Assembly (NCBI GenBank): GCA_033762295.1
Contig: JANRLW010000095.1
Coordinates: 1 to 25,624 of the forward strand
Length of the DNA stretch: 25,624 nt
From: Capsulimonadales bacterium
GTDB taxonomy: Bacteria; Armatimonadota; Armatimonadia; Armatimonadales; Armatimonadaceae
Direction: 5' to 3'
In this document: positions 1-8,086 of the stretch, in pieces
Position numbering within the stretch: the first letter of the stretch is position 1
Layout of the letters: each line of letters starts with the position of its first letter
Made by a program: the position numbers and the translations under genes
The notes under the pieces: generated by a model
Told to the model about the DNA's origin: nothing
Database searches by the model: none
The model's input: only the letters and a program-made list of their open reading frames with translations

Positions 1-114
1 GTTGCTTACGTGTTACGCGACCGTTCGCCACTGGGTATCGCTACCCCGTTCGACTTGCATTTCTTAGGCACGCCGCAAGCGTTCGTCCTGAGCCAGGATC
101 AAACTCTCCGTCAA
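1..114 (-). rRNA. rrs: 16S rRNA, 5' end (partial; continues beyond the left edge)
   Basis: The reverse complement of 88-107 is AGAGTTTGATCCTGGCTCAG (27F site). It is followed by GACGAACGCTTGCGGCGTGCCTAAGAAATGCAAGTCGAACG...GTGGCGAACGGTCGCGTAACACGTAAGCAAC. The mature 5' end is approximate. Confidence 0.98.
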
Positions 115-261
115 AATATCTTTACACCGGATCCGAAAACCCGGTGAAAAACTCGTGAGAGTTGAAATGTGTTTTTTTGTAAACCGATCTCACTTGATCC
201 TGCCGCAAACACTCAACAAAACAAACATACTGGCACAAAGCACAAGTTTTGTAAGCAAAAC

Positions 262-281
262 TATTCAGTTATATAAGGTAC
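262..281 (-). promoter_or_regulatory. boxA-like antitermination element in the rRNA leader
   Basis: The minus strand reads GTACCTTATATAACTGAATA, resembling rrn leader boxA elements (CTTTGAAAACTGAA type). It lies between the promoters and the 16S gene. Confidence 0.5.
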
Positions 282-332
282 AGGGAGAAACTCTTCGGAG
301 TTCGCCACCATTTTCAACCGGCGGCAAGGTTC

Positions 333-360
333 AGTATACCACAACCTCTCGTTGTGTCAA
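333..360 (-). promoter_or_regulatory. rrn promoter P2 (sigma70-type)
   Basis: Minus strand TTGACA (360-355), 16-nt spacer, TATACT (338-333), with TG in the extended -10 position. It points toward the 16S gene. Confidence 0.85.
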
Positions 361-417
361 GGGTGGTCCACCGAAAATCTTGAAGGTTCCCGTCGCTTTC
401 GTCCGGCGACGAGAAGG

Positions 418-445
418 AGTATATCGCACTGTCCGACGTTGTCAA
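418..445 (-). promoter_or_regulatory. rrn promoter P1 (sigma70-type)
   Basis: Minus strand TTGACA (445-440), 16-nt spacer, TATACT (423-418). It sits 85 bp upstream of P2, the classic tandem rrn arrangement. Confidence 0.85.
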
Positions 446-689
446 GGGCTTGCCGGAAAGTTTCCGGAAATCGTTTTCCCTCTCATTTCTGCGAGGATGC
501 GCCGATCCGAAGCGGTCGCGCGAACCCCTCGGAAAGCCCTCAAAAGTTCGGTCTCGGAACCGTCACATAAACGCCCCGAATACCAGTGTCAGCGCAAGAA
601 ACACCTTGCCCTTCGCCAGGCTATGGGCGACATTTTGCCCCAATCTCGCGATCACTGCACCGTCAAGAAGCTCAATTGGCAGCCCGACT

Positions 690-1232
690 TTAGATTCTTT
701 CCAGCGGACGATGCGGTTCGGGGGGCAGTTCGGCGCGGATCGGGTCCCCGGAGCGAAGAATGCCACCGGTCAGGACGATTCCCATAATACCGGCTTTTCG
801 CACCGGGTTGCCCTCCGCATCCCGGTCGAGGACCGCCGCCAGGAGTCCCTTCCGGAAATCGTCGATCTGACCGCAGGGGTTGCGCAAACCGGTCACCTCA
901 ATCATCGCCGTCTCCCCGAGATGCAGACGCGTCCCCGTCGGCAAACCGAGCAGATCGATACCGCGCGTGGTCACATTCTCGCCCAGATCGCCCGGACCGA
1001 CGGTAAATCCCTTCTCCGAAAGTTCCTCGAAAAGTTCGCTATGGATCAGATGCACCTGGCGCAGGTTCGGTTGATCCGGGTTCCGCTTCACACGGGAACG
1101 ATGTTTCACCGTCACGCCGCAATGGGCATCCCCCTCCACCCCGAGACCCGCCAGCAAAACGATTTCCGACTGCGTTTCCTTGCCGAACGAATGCGTTTCC
1201 CTTCGATGGACCGCCGTGACACGCCCCGTCAT
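690..1232 (-). CDS. MOSC domain-containing protein
   Basis: Motifs GLGVEGDAH, RQVHLI, PGDLGENVTTRG, EVTGLRNPC (conserved Cys) and AGIMGIVLTGG..GDPI are typical of MOSC proteins. Confidence 0.92.
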   Translation of the reverse strand: MTGRVTAVHRRETHSFGKETQSEIVLLAGLGVEGDAHCGVTVKHRSRVKRNPDQPNLRQVHLIHSELFEELSEKGFTVGPGDLGENVTTRGIDLLGLPTGTRLHLGETAMIEVTGLRNPCGQIDDFRKGLLAAVLDRDAEGNPVRKAGIMGIVLTGGILRSGDPIRAELPPEPHRPLERI

Positions 1233-1243
1233 CCCAAGCCGTC

Positions 1244-2317
1244 CTACACCCGTCCGCGCAGGTCGAGCGGTTGTCTCGGCGGCGGCGCGGTCGTCGCCCC
1301 TTCGCGCAGACGCACCACCGGAATGGCTACCTGAAAAGCGTTCGGCATCTCTTCGCCGCTCGCTCCCTCCTGTCGGATCTGACGGAGCAGCGTCCGAACC
1401 GCCTCGAATCCCATCAACTCGGCCGGCAGTTCGACACAGGTCAACGGCGGATGGGTCAGGCTCATCAGTCCGGCCTCCGTGTCGACGCCGATGATCGATA
1501 GTTCCTCCGGCACACGGATACCCTGAGCCTGAGCCGATGCCAGCAGATTGACCGCCGCGCCTTCATGTCCGCAGAAGATGGCGGTCGGGCCGTTCGGCAA
1601 CAGGGCCCACTCCACCAGAAGGGCGCGCATCAGGGTACGGTCCTGCCACTCATAGGTCGTGGCCACCAGTTCCGGATCGAACGCCCGGCGGGTCTCCATC
1701 CAGGTGATATATCGCTCCATGCGCCGAACCGCCGTATCACTGGCGCTGGCCCGCATCTCTCGCATCAGGTCCGATGCGGTCATCGACTGGCGACTGCGAC
1801 GACGCGAAACCTCCGCAGGGGAACCGCCCATCGGGCCGGCGACGTAGGCGATTCGCCGATGGCCGAGATTCCAGAGATGAGAGAGCGCGGTCGAGATCGT
1901 ATGCCCCTCCACGCTGAACACCGAACCGAAACCGATCGGCACATCGCGAAAACGGTTCAGCAACAGCACCGGGACGCCGGCCTCCGCCAGAGGTTCGGGC
2001 ACCGGGTCGACAAATCCGGAAACCAGAATCAACCCGCTGAGATTATCCTCTCGCACATCTTCCGGTGTCGCTCCCCTGTACGTCGAATAAGGATACAGAA
2101 GCAGCCGCAGGTCCTCGATATCGCACGCCATCCGTATCCCCCGGGCCATCTGTTCGATCAGATTGCGCTGAACCAGAGTGGGGGTCAGGATCCGGTTCCG
2201 GGGGGGCGGGGGGAAAACCTGCGGCTCCCATGGGTGACCGATACAGACACCGATTGTTCGTAAAGCGTTGCTAAAACCCACTCCGGGTATATCCTCTCGC
2301 TCGGGCAGATACCGCAA
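1244..2317 (-). CDS. LacI-family effector-binding domain protein lacking the HTH (start uncertain)
   Basis: RTIGV, GVPVLLLNR, HLWNLGHRRIAYVAGP, PTAIFC, GIRVPEELSIIGVD and HPPLTCVELP..MG..AV..L are LacI core motifs. An in-frame TAA at 2378-2380 excludes an attached HTH. The start is probably TTG at 2317. Confidence 0.85.
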   Translation of the reverse strand: MRYLPEREDIPGVGFSNALRTIGVCIGHPWEPQVFPPPPRNRILTPTLVQRNLIEQMARGIRMACDIEDLRLLLYPYSTYRGATPEDVREDNLSGLILVSGFVDPVPEPLAEAGVPVLLLNRFRDVPIGFGSVFSVEGHTISTALSHLWNLGHRRIAYVAGPMGGSPAEVSRRRSRQSMTASDLMREMRASASDTAVRRMERYITWMETRRAFDPELVATTYEWQDRTLMRALLVEWALLPNGPTAIFCGHEGAAVNLLASAQAQGIRVPEELSIIGVDTEAGLMSLTHPPLTCVELPAELMGFEAVRTLLRQIRQEGASGEEMPNAFQVAIPVVRLREGATTAPPPRQPLDLRGRV

Positions 2318-2590
2318 ACCTCGTCGGCTGCGGGAGGTTTCCTTCGATGCGCTCCCGATTCGGGAAGGCAGACTCTCTTATTTTCGACCAAACACAGGAA
2401 ATTCCGTACGGACCGGCCAAAATTGGAACCGCCGGGGTAAACCCCGGGAAATTTCAGGTGCGAACACGAAGAACCCCAGGATGTGACCGTTGCACAACGT
2501 CCTGAGGTTCAACATATTGACGCATATAAGTCTGGTAATTTACCACAGCAGAAATCATGCCGCGGCAACGCGTCCGGATCGATTCCGATT

Positions 2591-2893
2591 TTATTTACGC
2601 GTGATCAGAGAGGTCGTCTCCTCCGTCCTGAACTCGGTCGTTCCCCCGTCGTTTTCGTTCTCCGAACCGGTATTCGACGTTTCCGCCAGGGAGGGTTTTC
2701 CACGCCCCGGACGAGTTCGCTTTACCGGCGGAACATATCCCAGGGTGGCTATCGCATCATAGATCCGCTGTGCCGTCTCCGGAGTGCAGACCTCCGTATG
2801 GCCGTTTAACAGGCGCGAAATAGTCGCCTGTGAAACACCGGCTATTGCGGCGACGTCCTCCAATGTTGGTTTTCGCGAGCGCATGCATTCCAT
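2591..2893 (-). CDS. Stand-alone LacI-type helix-turn-helix protein
   Basis: KPTLEDVAAIAGVSQATISRLLNG...PETAQRIYDAIATLGYVP is a canonical LacI HTH, followed by a ~45-aa disordered tail and a stop. Start at 2893 or 2884. Confidence 0.88.
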   Translation of the reverse strand: MECMRSRKPTLEDVAAIAGVSQATISRLLNGHTEVCTPETAQRIYDAIATLGYVPPVKRTRPGRGKPSLAETSNTGSENENDGGTTEFRTEETTSLITRK

Positions 2894-3088
2894 CCAATCG
2901 GTTTGGCGATTTCGCTATTCAGTATACTCCTTAAATCTGGTACACTGAGGTTATGACAGTTCCAATTTCGGGCAAAAAATTGATAATTTTTGGTCCTTGC
3001 CCGGACCGGACGCCATATCCTGCGATTCGTCAATCTCCTCTCGCCCCGTCGACACCGTGAAACATTTCGGTGATCGCCTGCTTCTTAC

Positions 3089-3535
3089 CTATTCCCCGAT
3101 CACCGACGCGTCCGGTACGATGGCGGTCGGAGCCGCTCCGCCCAGAGCTTCCTTCAACTGTTTCTCCGTCAGGTTGTGGAGAACGCCCAGTGACTGATCC
3201 GGAACGTTCCGCAGTACCTGAGACAGGAACTCCGTAACGCTGATGATCGGGTTGTTCGCCGGCGCGAAGATAAAGAGCACCTCGCCGATCTTCAGCAGAC
3301 TGGTCGTCTGTCGCCCCGGCACCAGACCGAGGTACGTATTGTTATTGATCAGCACCATCTGGATGCGACTCGCATGGATGCGGCGCCACAAGGTGCGCAA
3401 ATGACGATCGTCGCTGAGATGGGCCGGGGCCATTCCCCGTTCCTGGCCGAAGTCAAACTCCGGCGCGAGATGCGAATTCCCTGTTTCGTTCTCCGGTCCT
3501 GACCAGAAAACCATGTTCGTCGTGCCTCCTGTCAT
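3089..3535 (-). CDS. Hypothetical protein (148 aa)
   Basis: ATG start, co-oriented with its neighbours, fills an intergenic gap and has a protein-like composition. No family recognised. Confidence 0.65.
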   Translation of the reverse strand: MTGGTTNMVFWSGPENETGNSHLAPEFDFGQERGMAPAHLSDDRHLRTLWRRIHASRIQMVLINNNTYLGLVPGRQTTSLLKIGEVLFIFAPANNPIISVTEFLSQVLRNVPDQSLGVLHNLTEKQLKEALGGAAPTAIVPDASVIGE

Positions 3536-3685
3536 TGTCTATCTGACGAGAGCCTTCTTTCCCGAGGCCATACCCTTTTTGTATTCGCACTATCGCGCGA
3601 CGCGCGCTTACTACCCTTAACTTGGCCGAAATGGTTACGTCACCGTCCCGCCCGGATCGCCGCCCCTTCGCTTCCGCCCCGGCGG

Positions 3686-4738
3686 CTACCGCGCCAGCGA
3701 GTTCATCGAGGACGGTTTCTGCGAATCGAACGGATTGCCGGTCGCCGTCGCGATCGGCTCCTGTGTCACGGAGGCGTCCCGCCAGGAGTCCGCCGGGGTC
3801 GCAATGACTCGTGCCGCCGGGGTAGGCGGTTGCGGTCCGCGGGCTTTCGAGTTCGAACCTCCGGATTTTCCGCTGTGCCTCGGTCGCCCGGTCCGCAAAG
3901 TCCGCAGGGTCAGGCGCACCAGGAAGGGCAGGTCCCCGACCAGATACCGTCGCCACAGGCGTTGCGGGTCCTGCGCCAGTCGGAACAGCCACTCGACTCC
4001 GCTCTTCTGCGCCCACTTCGGCGCCCGTCGCACGACACCGCTCGCCAGTTCGAACGTTCCGCCCACACCGATGCTAACCGGAACCCGAAGCCGATGACAG
4101 TTATTGTAGATCCACGTCTCCTGCTTGGGCGCGCCCAGGCCGACCAGAAGCACATCCGGATTGGCTTCCCGAATCCGGGCCTCGATCCGCGCCTGCTCCT
4201 CGGGATCGAAGAAGGTCTTGTGCGGAGGACAGTAGATCCCGCAGATCTTCGCGCCCGGATAGCGGCGCACCACCTCGTCCGCCGCCCGCTGCGCCGATCC
4301 CGGAACCCCTCCCAGGAAAAAGAGCTTCAATCCTTCCCGAGCCGACGCCTCCGCCAGATGCCAGAACAGGTCGCTTCCCGCGACCCGTTCCTTCAGCGGG
4401 GACTCGTTGTTCAGGCGGGAAAGCCAGACGACCGGCATTCCGTCGGCGACGACCAGGTCCGCGTTCGCATAGATCGTCCGAAACAGTTCGTTGCTCTCCA
4501 GCAACAGAAGGTGATCCAGGTTCCCGGTGCAGACATACTGCCCTTTTTCGCCGGAGGTCGCCATCTCGACGATGATACGTACGGATTCCTCCATCGTCAC
4601 ATTATGAAAGTCGGTATCGCCGACCTGAACCGTGGCGATCTCATTTCCGGAAAAATCCGGTTCCGGCATCGTATGAGTAATTTTCATGGCGTTTTTCCCG
4701 CTTAATCTCACTTTTGCGCTCATTCTGCGTTCGAACAT
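3686..4738 (-). CDS. WecB/TagA/CpsF-family glycosyltransferase (GT26)
   Basis: Motifs TGNLDH, ADLVVADGMPVVW, ERVAGSDL, LFFLGG, PDVLLVGLGAPKQE, GVGGTFE and RAPKWAQKSGVEWLFRLAQDPQRLWRRYL. The start may be 4738, 4723 or 4688. Confidence 0.95.
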   Translation of the reverse strand: MFERRMSAKVRLSGKNAMKITHTMPEPDFSGNEIATVQVGDTDFHNVTMEESVRIIVEMATSGEKGQYVCTGNLDHLLLLESNELFRTIYANADLVVADGMPVVWLSRLNNESPLKERVAGSDLFWHLAEASAREGLKLFFLGGVPGSAQRAADEVVRRYPGAKICGIYCPPHKTFFDPEEQARIEARIREANPDVLLVGLGAPKQETWIYNNCHRLRVPVSIGVGGTFELASGVVRRAPKWAQKSGVEWLFRLAQDPQRLWRRYLVGDLPFLVRLTLRTLRTGRPRHSGKSGGSNSKARGPQPPTPAARVIATPADSWRDASVTQEPIATATGNPFDSQKPSSMNSLAR

Positions 4739-4817
4739 GGAGAGGAACCGCCTTTACAGGATAAATACGCGATAAATGATTGCGATTCGAGAACCCGACC
4801 GATCGATTCCGTGTCGA

Positions 4818-5660
4818 TCAGTATGCACCATCGGCCGTCAGCACCGCCGGAATCAGACGCACCAGGATCCAGAGATCCAGCACGACATTGCGATGCTTCA
4901 CATACAGAAGATCCAGCGCGATCCATTCATCAAAGGTCAACCGGGATCGTCCGCACACTTCCCGCAGACACACCAGACCGGGCGCGACCAGAAGGCGCTC
5001 CTCCTGCCCCGGCTCATACTGGGCCACTTCCTTCGGCAGATGCGGACGGGGGCCCACCAGACTCATTTCGCCACGAAGAACGTTGAAAAACTGCGGCAGT
5101 TCATCCAGAGAGTACTTGCGCAGTACCCGGCCGACGCGGGTGATCCGGGGATCATTCTTCATCTTGAAGATCGGTCCCACGGCTTCGTTCTTCGCTTCCA
5201 GTTGCTGACGCACCTGATCGGCGTTCGTCACCATACTCCGGAACTTATAAAACCGGAACCGCTTCCCGTGCTTGCCGACACGCTCCTGCCAGTAAAAGAT
5301 GGGACCGCGATCCTCCATCCAGATCAGCAGGGCGATGATACATCCGACAGGCGCCAGAGCCAGCACCGCGCAAAGGGCGAGGAGAACATCGGCGCTGCGC
5401 TTCATTCCTTCATAAACCGGCATCGGCAAGGCGGGCTGAACTCCCCGGCCGATCCACCGCGGCGCCGGAAGCGCGGGGCACTCCTGCTCCAGGGTGCGAG
5501 CGGTCGCTACCCGGCGGGATCGTCCCTGGCTCGAAGCCAGTTCCGCGCTTCCGTGACGACCGTTCGAACGGGACGTTCCCGCCCGCAGGGTTTCGGTCAC
5601 GGCGGCGGGTCCGGAGACAGGCCGACGAATATTGCGTGTTTGTCGCTCCACGGTTTGCAT
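4818..5660 (-). CDS. Priming undecaprenyl-phosphate sugar-1-P transferase (small monotopic PGT / bacterial sugar transferase)
   Basis: KRSADV plus a hydrophobic helix, GPIFYWQERVGKHGKRFRFYKFRSM, and DPRITRVGRVLRKYSLDELPQFFNVLRGEMSLVGPRP. Confidence 0.95.
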   Translation of the reverse strand: MQTVERQTRNIRRPVSGPAAVTETLRAGTSRSNGRHGSAELASSQGRSRRVATARTLEQECPALPAPRWIGRGVQPALPMPVYEGMKRSADVLLALCAVLALAPVGCIIALLIWMEDRGPIFYWQERVGKHGKRFRFYKFRSMVTNADQVRQQLEAKNEAVGPIFKMKNDPRITRVGRVLRKYSLDELPQFFNVLRGEMSLVGPRPHLPKEVAQYEPGQEERLLVAPGLVCLREVCGRSRLTFDEWIALDLLYVKHRNVVLDLWILVRLIPAVLTADGAY

Positions 5661-5807
5661 TCGTTTTTCCTTCGGAATCCCGTATCGGTTGTATCTTTAA
5701 CTGCTTCTTCAACCGCGTTCAGGATGGGCTTATTCCGGAACACTTCCTCGTCGAGACAACCCTGTCTTTCCTCACCAATGAATATAGCATGAGTTGGACA
5801 TAATTTT

Positions 5808-5845
5808 TACCCATTTACTAAATTTTTTATTCATTTTTAGTAAAA
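5808..5845. promoter_or_regulatory. Two TTTA(C/G)TAAA palindromic boxes, 22 bp apart, in the divergent promoter region
   Basis: TTTACTAAA at 5814-5822 and TTTAGTAAA at 5836-5844. The same box recurs at 8749 and 25036. A minus-strand extended -10 (TGCTATATT) lies at 5781-5789. Confidence 0.6.
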
Positions 5846-5924
5846 GTAACAGTAAGGACCGGGGGAGCACGCGCCGATTTCCTCCCGAATATGCCCCGCC
5901 CCGCCTTACGTCGCGGGTAATTAT

Positions 5925-5952
5925 TTCACTACCGCCCCGCAAATGTTACAGT
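5925..5952 (+). promoter_or_regulatory. Candidate promoter for the FN3-repeat gene
   Basis: TTCACT (5925-5930), 16-nt spacer, TACAGT (5947-5952) with TGn extension. Confidence 0.35.
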
Positions 5953-6077
5953 TCAACCGATTGTGCAGAAACAAACAACCCCTAAATTGACCGGGTCTAT
6001 TTCCTCACACCCCTCCCCGAAAATGAACTCGCAAGTGATTCTAAACCGACCCCTTTTTCCATAAAAGGAGCAACAAA

Positions 6078-8033
6078 ATGTCTCGTGTGATGTCAGGTTC
6101 CGTTTCGTCGCTTCACCGGTGGCTCGCCCCGCAGCCCGCTGCCTTTCGGCTCGTCCCTGCCCTGACCGCCGCTCTGGCGGTCGTCGGCTCCGCACCGATC
6201 GCCCATGCCCAGACACTGGCGCCGACCAACCTCGGCGTCCTCCCCGTCTACAGCGGCGGTTCGGCGGACAAACTCACCTGGACCAAGCCCGCCGGCGCGG
6301 TCTCCTTCAATGTCTACCAGTACGACCGAAGGATCGCCTCCGGACTGAAATCGAACAGCTACACCGTCCCTACCAAGCTGTTCACCCCGGGCGTTCTCTA
6401 CACCGTTACCGCCGTGAATAGCGCGGGCAAGGAAAGCATCTACTCCCAGCCGGCGCACGCCATCGGCGGCGTCAACAAAAATCCCAGCTGGACGCCGTCC
6501 ACCCCCGCGACGCCGAAGACCCTGAAGGTAATCCCGCAGTGGAACAACGGTAAGCCCCGCAACCTCCTGAACTGGGTCGGTAACTCCCGCGCCTGGACCT
6601 ACAATGTCTATCGGGACGGAGTCCTGGTCGGCTCGAACCTGTACACGCTCTACTTCGTCGATGATGCCGTTTCCGCCGGCCGGAAGTACTCCTATCAGGT
6701 CGAGGCCATCAACTTCAAAGGCCCGACCATGCAGAAGAGCGCCCGATCCTCCGCCGTTACCGGAACCGCACTGTCCAAGTCGCCGGTATCCTCCGTCGGC
6801 GTTATCTCCAAAGTGACGGTCGAACCGAACGATGACAGCGTCGTTCTTACCTTCGCCGCCGTTCCGGGCGCGGTCGACTACCGCGTCTACAACGTCGCCA
6901 AGCCCAACGTCTTCAAATACAGCGGCGGGAAACTCGAACTCGAAGTGAACGGACTTGACCCCAAAATCGCCACCCAGCTGGTGGTTGAGGCGGTGGACAA
7001 ATTCGGCCCCTATCAGAAAATGGACGGCTTCCACATGCCGGCCGCCCCGACGATCGAGAACATCAACGGTCAGGGAGATCCGTCCAACGTGCCGAACGTG
7101 ATCGCCCGCTCCGGTAAGATCGCTCCGAAGTTCGTCGACCGGACTCTGAAAGGCGCCCAGGCTTTCTTCGATAACTTCCGCGGTAGCCAGCCGTTCAAAC
7201 CGACCACCGCTCCCTCCGTCCTGGCGAAGGAGTTCCCCAACCAGGTGGCGGCGCTGGCCAACGACAAGTGGATGCTGACCGCGGTCCAGGCGGAACTGAA
7301 CATGACCGAGTGCTTCGTCATGTCCAACCACTTCATGGACACGGTCTACGACGGCGGTACGGTCGGTTCCGGCATTCCCGCCCACGTCTCCAACGCCTCC
7401 CTCATCATGACGCCCAGAAAAACGGCCGATATCTCCGGAGGCAAGGTTCTGCACGTAACCTACGAAGTGGACGGACGGTACAACATCCGCCGCTGGTGCG
7501 AACTTCTTCTCACCGAAGCGGGCGACGAGCTCCGCGCTCCGGCCAAGTTCATGGACTTCGGTAAGTTCCCCTCCGTGAAAGGTAACGCGTTCCTCTGGTC
7601 GGTCGAACATGAGTTCCACCGGGTCGTCAACGTCCTCAACAAGGGCGGCAAGCCCACCTATATTCCGGTCAACAACGTCGACTGGGCCACCGGCGCGACG
7701 GACCGCTTCGGCGCCTCCGACCGGACCAAGACGAACGGTACCGACCAGGACCTCGACCTGCGTAGCCAGTTCGATCTGTACCTCTCCACCACCCGCGCGG
7801 TCGGAATGGAGAACGGAAAGGTCGTTTTCGACAAGAAACTGACCTCGCCGCTGCCTTTCACCAAGATCACGGTCAACTTCATCCACGAGGTCTACCATAC
7901 GGATCTGGACCGGGCCGAATCGATCGACTACGCCGCGAACAAGGCCAACTACTGGATCAACTTCCGCCCGTATGCCGATGAGCGACACTGGGACAACATG
8001 GGCTTCGAGGTATTGAACGCCTTCCCGTTCTAA
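6078..8033 (+). CDS. Secreted protein with 2-3 fibronectin type III-like repeats and an unrecognised C-terminal beta-rich domain
   Basis: RBS AAGGAG and signal peptide ending AHA|Q. FN3 patterns LTW..PAGAVSFNVY...YTVTAVNSAGKES, LNW...YNVYRDG...YSYQVEAIN and LTFAAVPGAVDYRVY. Strong C-ending codon bias. Confidence 0.9.
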   Translation: MSRVMSGSVSSLHRWLAPQPAAFRLVPALTAALAVVGSAPIAHAQTLAPTNLGVLPVYSGGSADKLTWTKPAGAVSFNVYQYDRRIASGLKSNSYTVPTKLFTPGVLYTVTAVNSAGKESIYSQPAHAIGGVNKNPSWTPSTPATPKTLKVIPQWNNGKPRNLLNWVGNSRAWTYNVYRDGVLVGSNLYTLYFVDDAVSAGRKYSYQVEAINFKGPTMQKSARSSAVTGTALSKSPVSSVGVISKVTVEPNDDSVVLTFAAVPGAVDYRVYNVAKPNVFKYSGGKLELEVNGLDPKIATQLVVEAVDKFGPYQKMDGFHMPAAPTIENINGQGDPSNVPNVIARSGKIAPKFVDRTLKGAQAFFDNFRGSQPFKPTTAPSVLAKEFPNQVAALANDKWMLTAVQAELNMTECFVMSNHFMDTVYDGGTVGSGIPAHVSNASLIMTPRKTADISGGKVLHVTYEVDGRYNIRRWCELLLTEAGDELRAPAKFMDFGKFPSVKGNAFLWSVEHEFHRVVNVLNKGGKPTYIPVNNVDWATGATDRFGASDRTKTNGTDQDLDLRSQFDLYLSTTRAVGMENGKVVFDKKLTSPLPFTKITVNFIHEVYHTDLDRAESIDYAANKANYWINFRPYADERHWDNMGFEVLNAFPF

Positions 8034-8086
8034 TCGGGAACGCACCTCCGCCTTCGACCGGCCAAAAACCGGTCCCGGAAAACAGG

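Noticed and set aside
155..787. Plus-strand ORFs across the rRNA leader and promoters (also 450-1334)
   Set aside because: They overlap the rrn leader, promoters or the MOSC gene on the opposite strand and show no protein features.
2270..2728. Intron or IS insertion as the cause of the LacI split
   Set aside because: I see no terminal inverted repeats, target duplication, transposase or group I/II intron motifs. The shared frame has a 1-in-3 chance.
5929..5936. GGCGGTAG (ops/JUMPStart core) on the minus strand upstream of the priming transferase
   Set aside because: It lacks the nnTG end of ops, lies upstream of the likely -10 (so probably is not transcribed), and is absent from the wza leader. 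An 8-mer match is plausible by chance.
6093..8045. 650-aa antisense ORF covering the whole FN3 gene
   Set aside because: It is a shadow ORF. The strong C/G-ending codon bias of the plus-strand gene removes antisense stops, and the product has no motifs.
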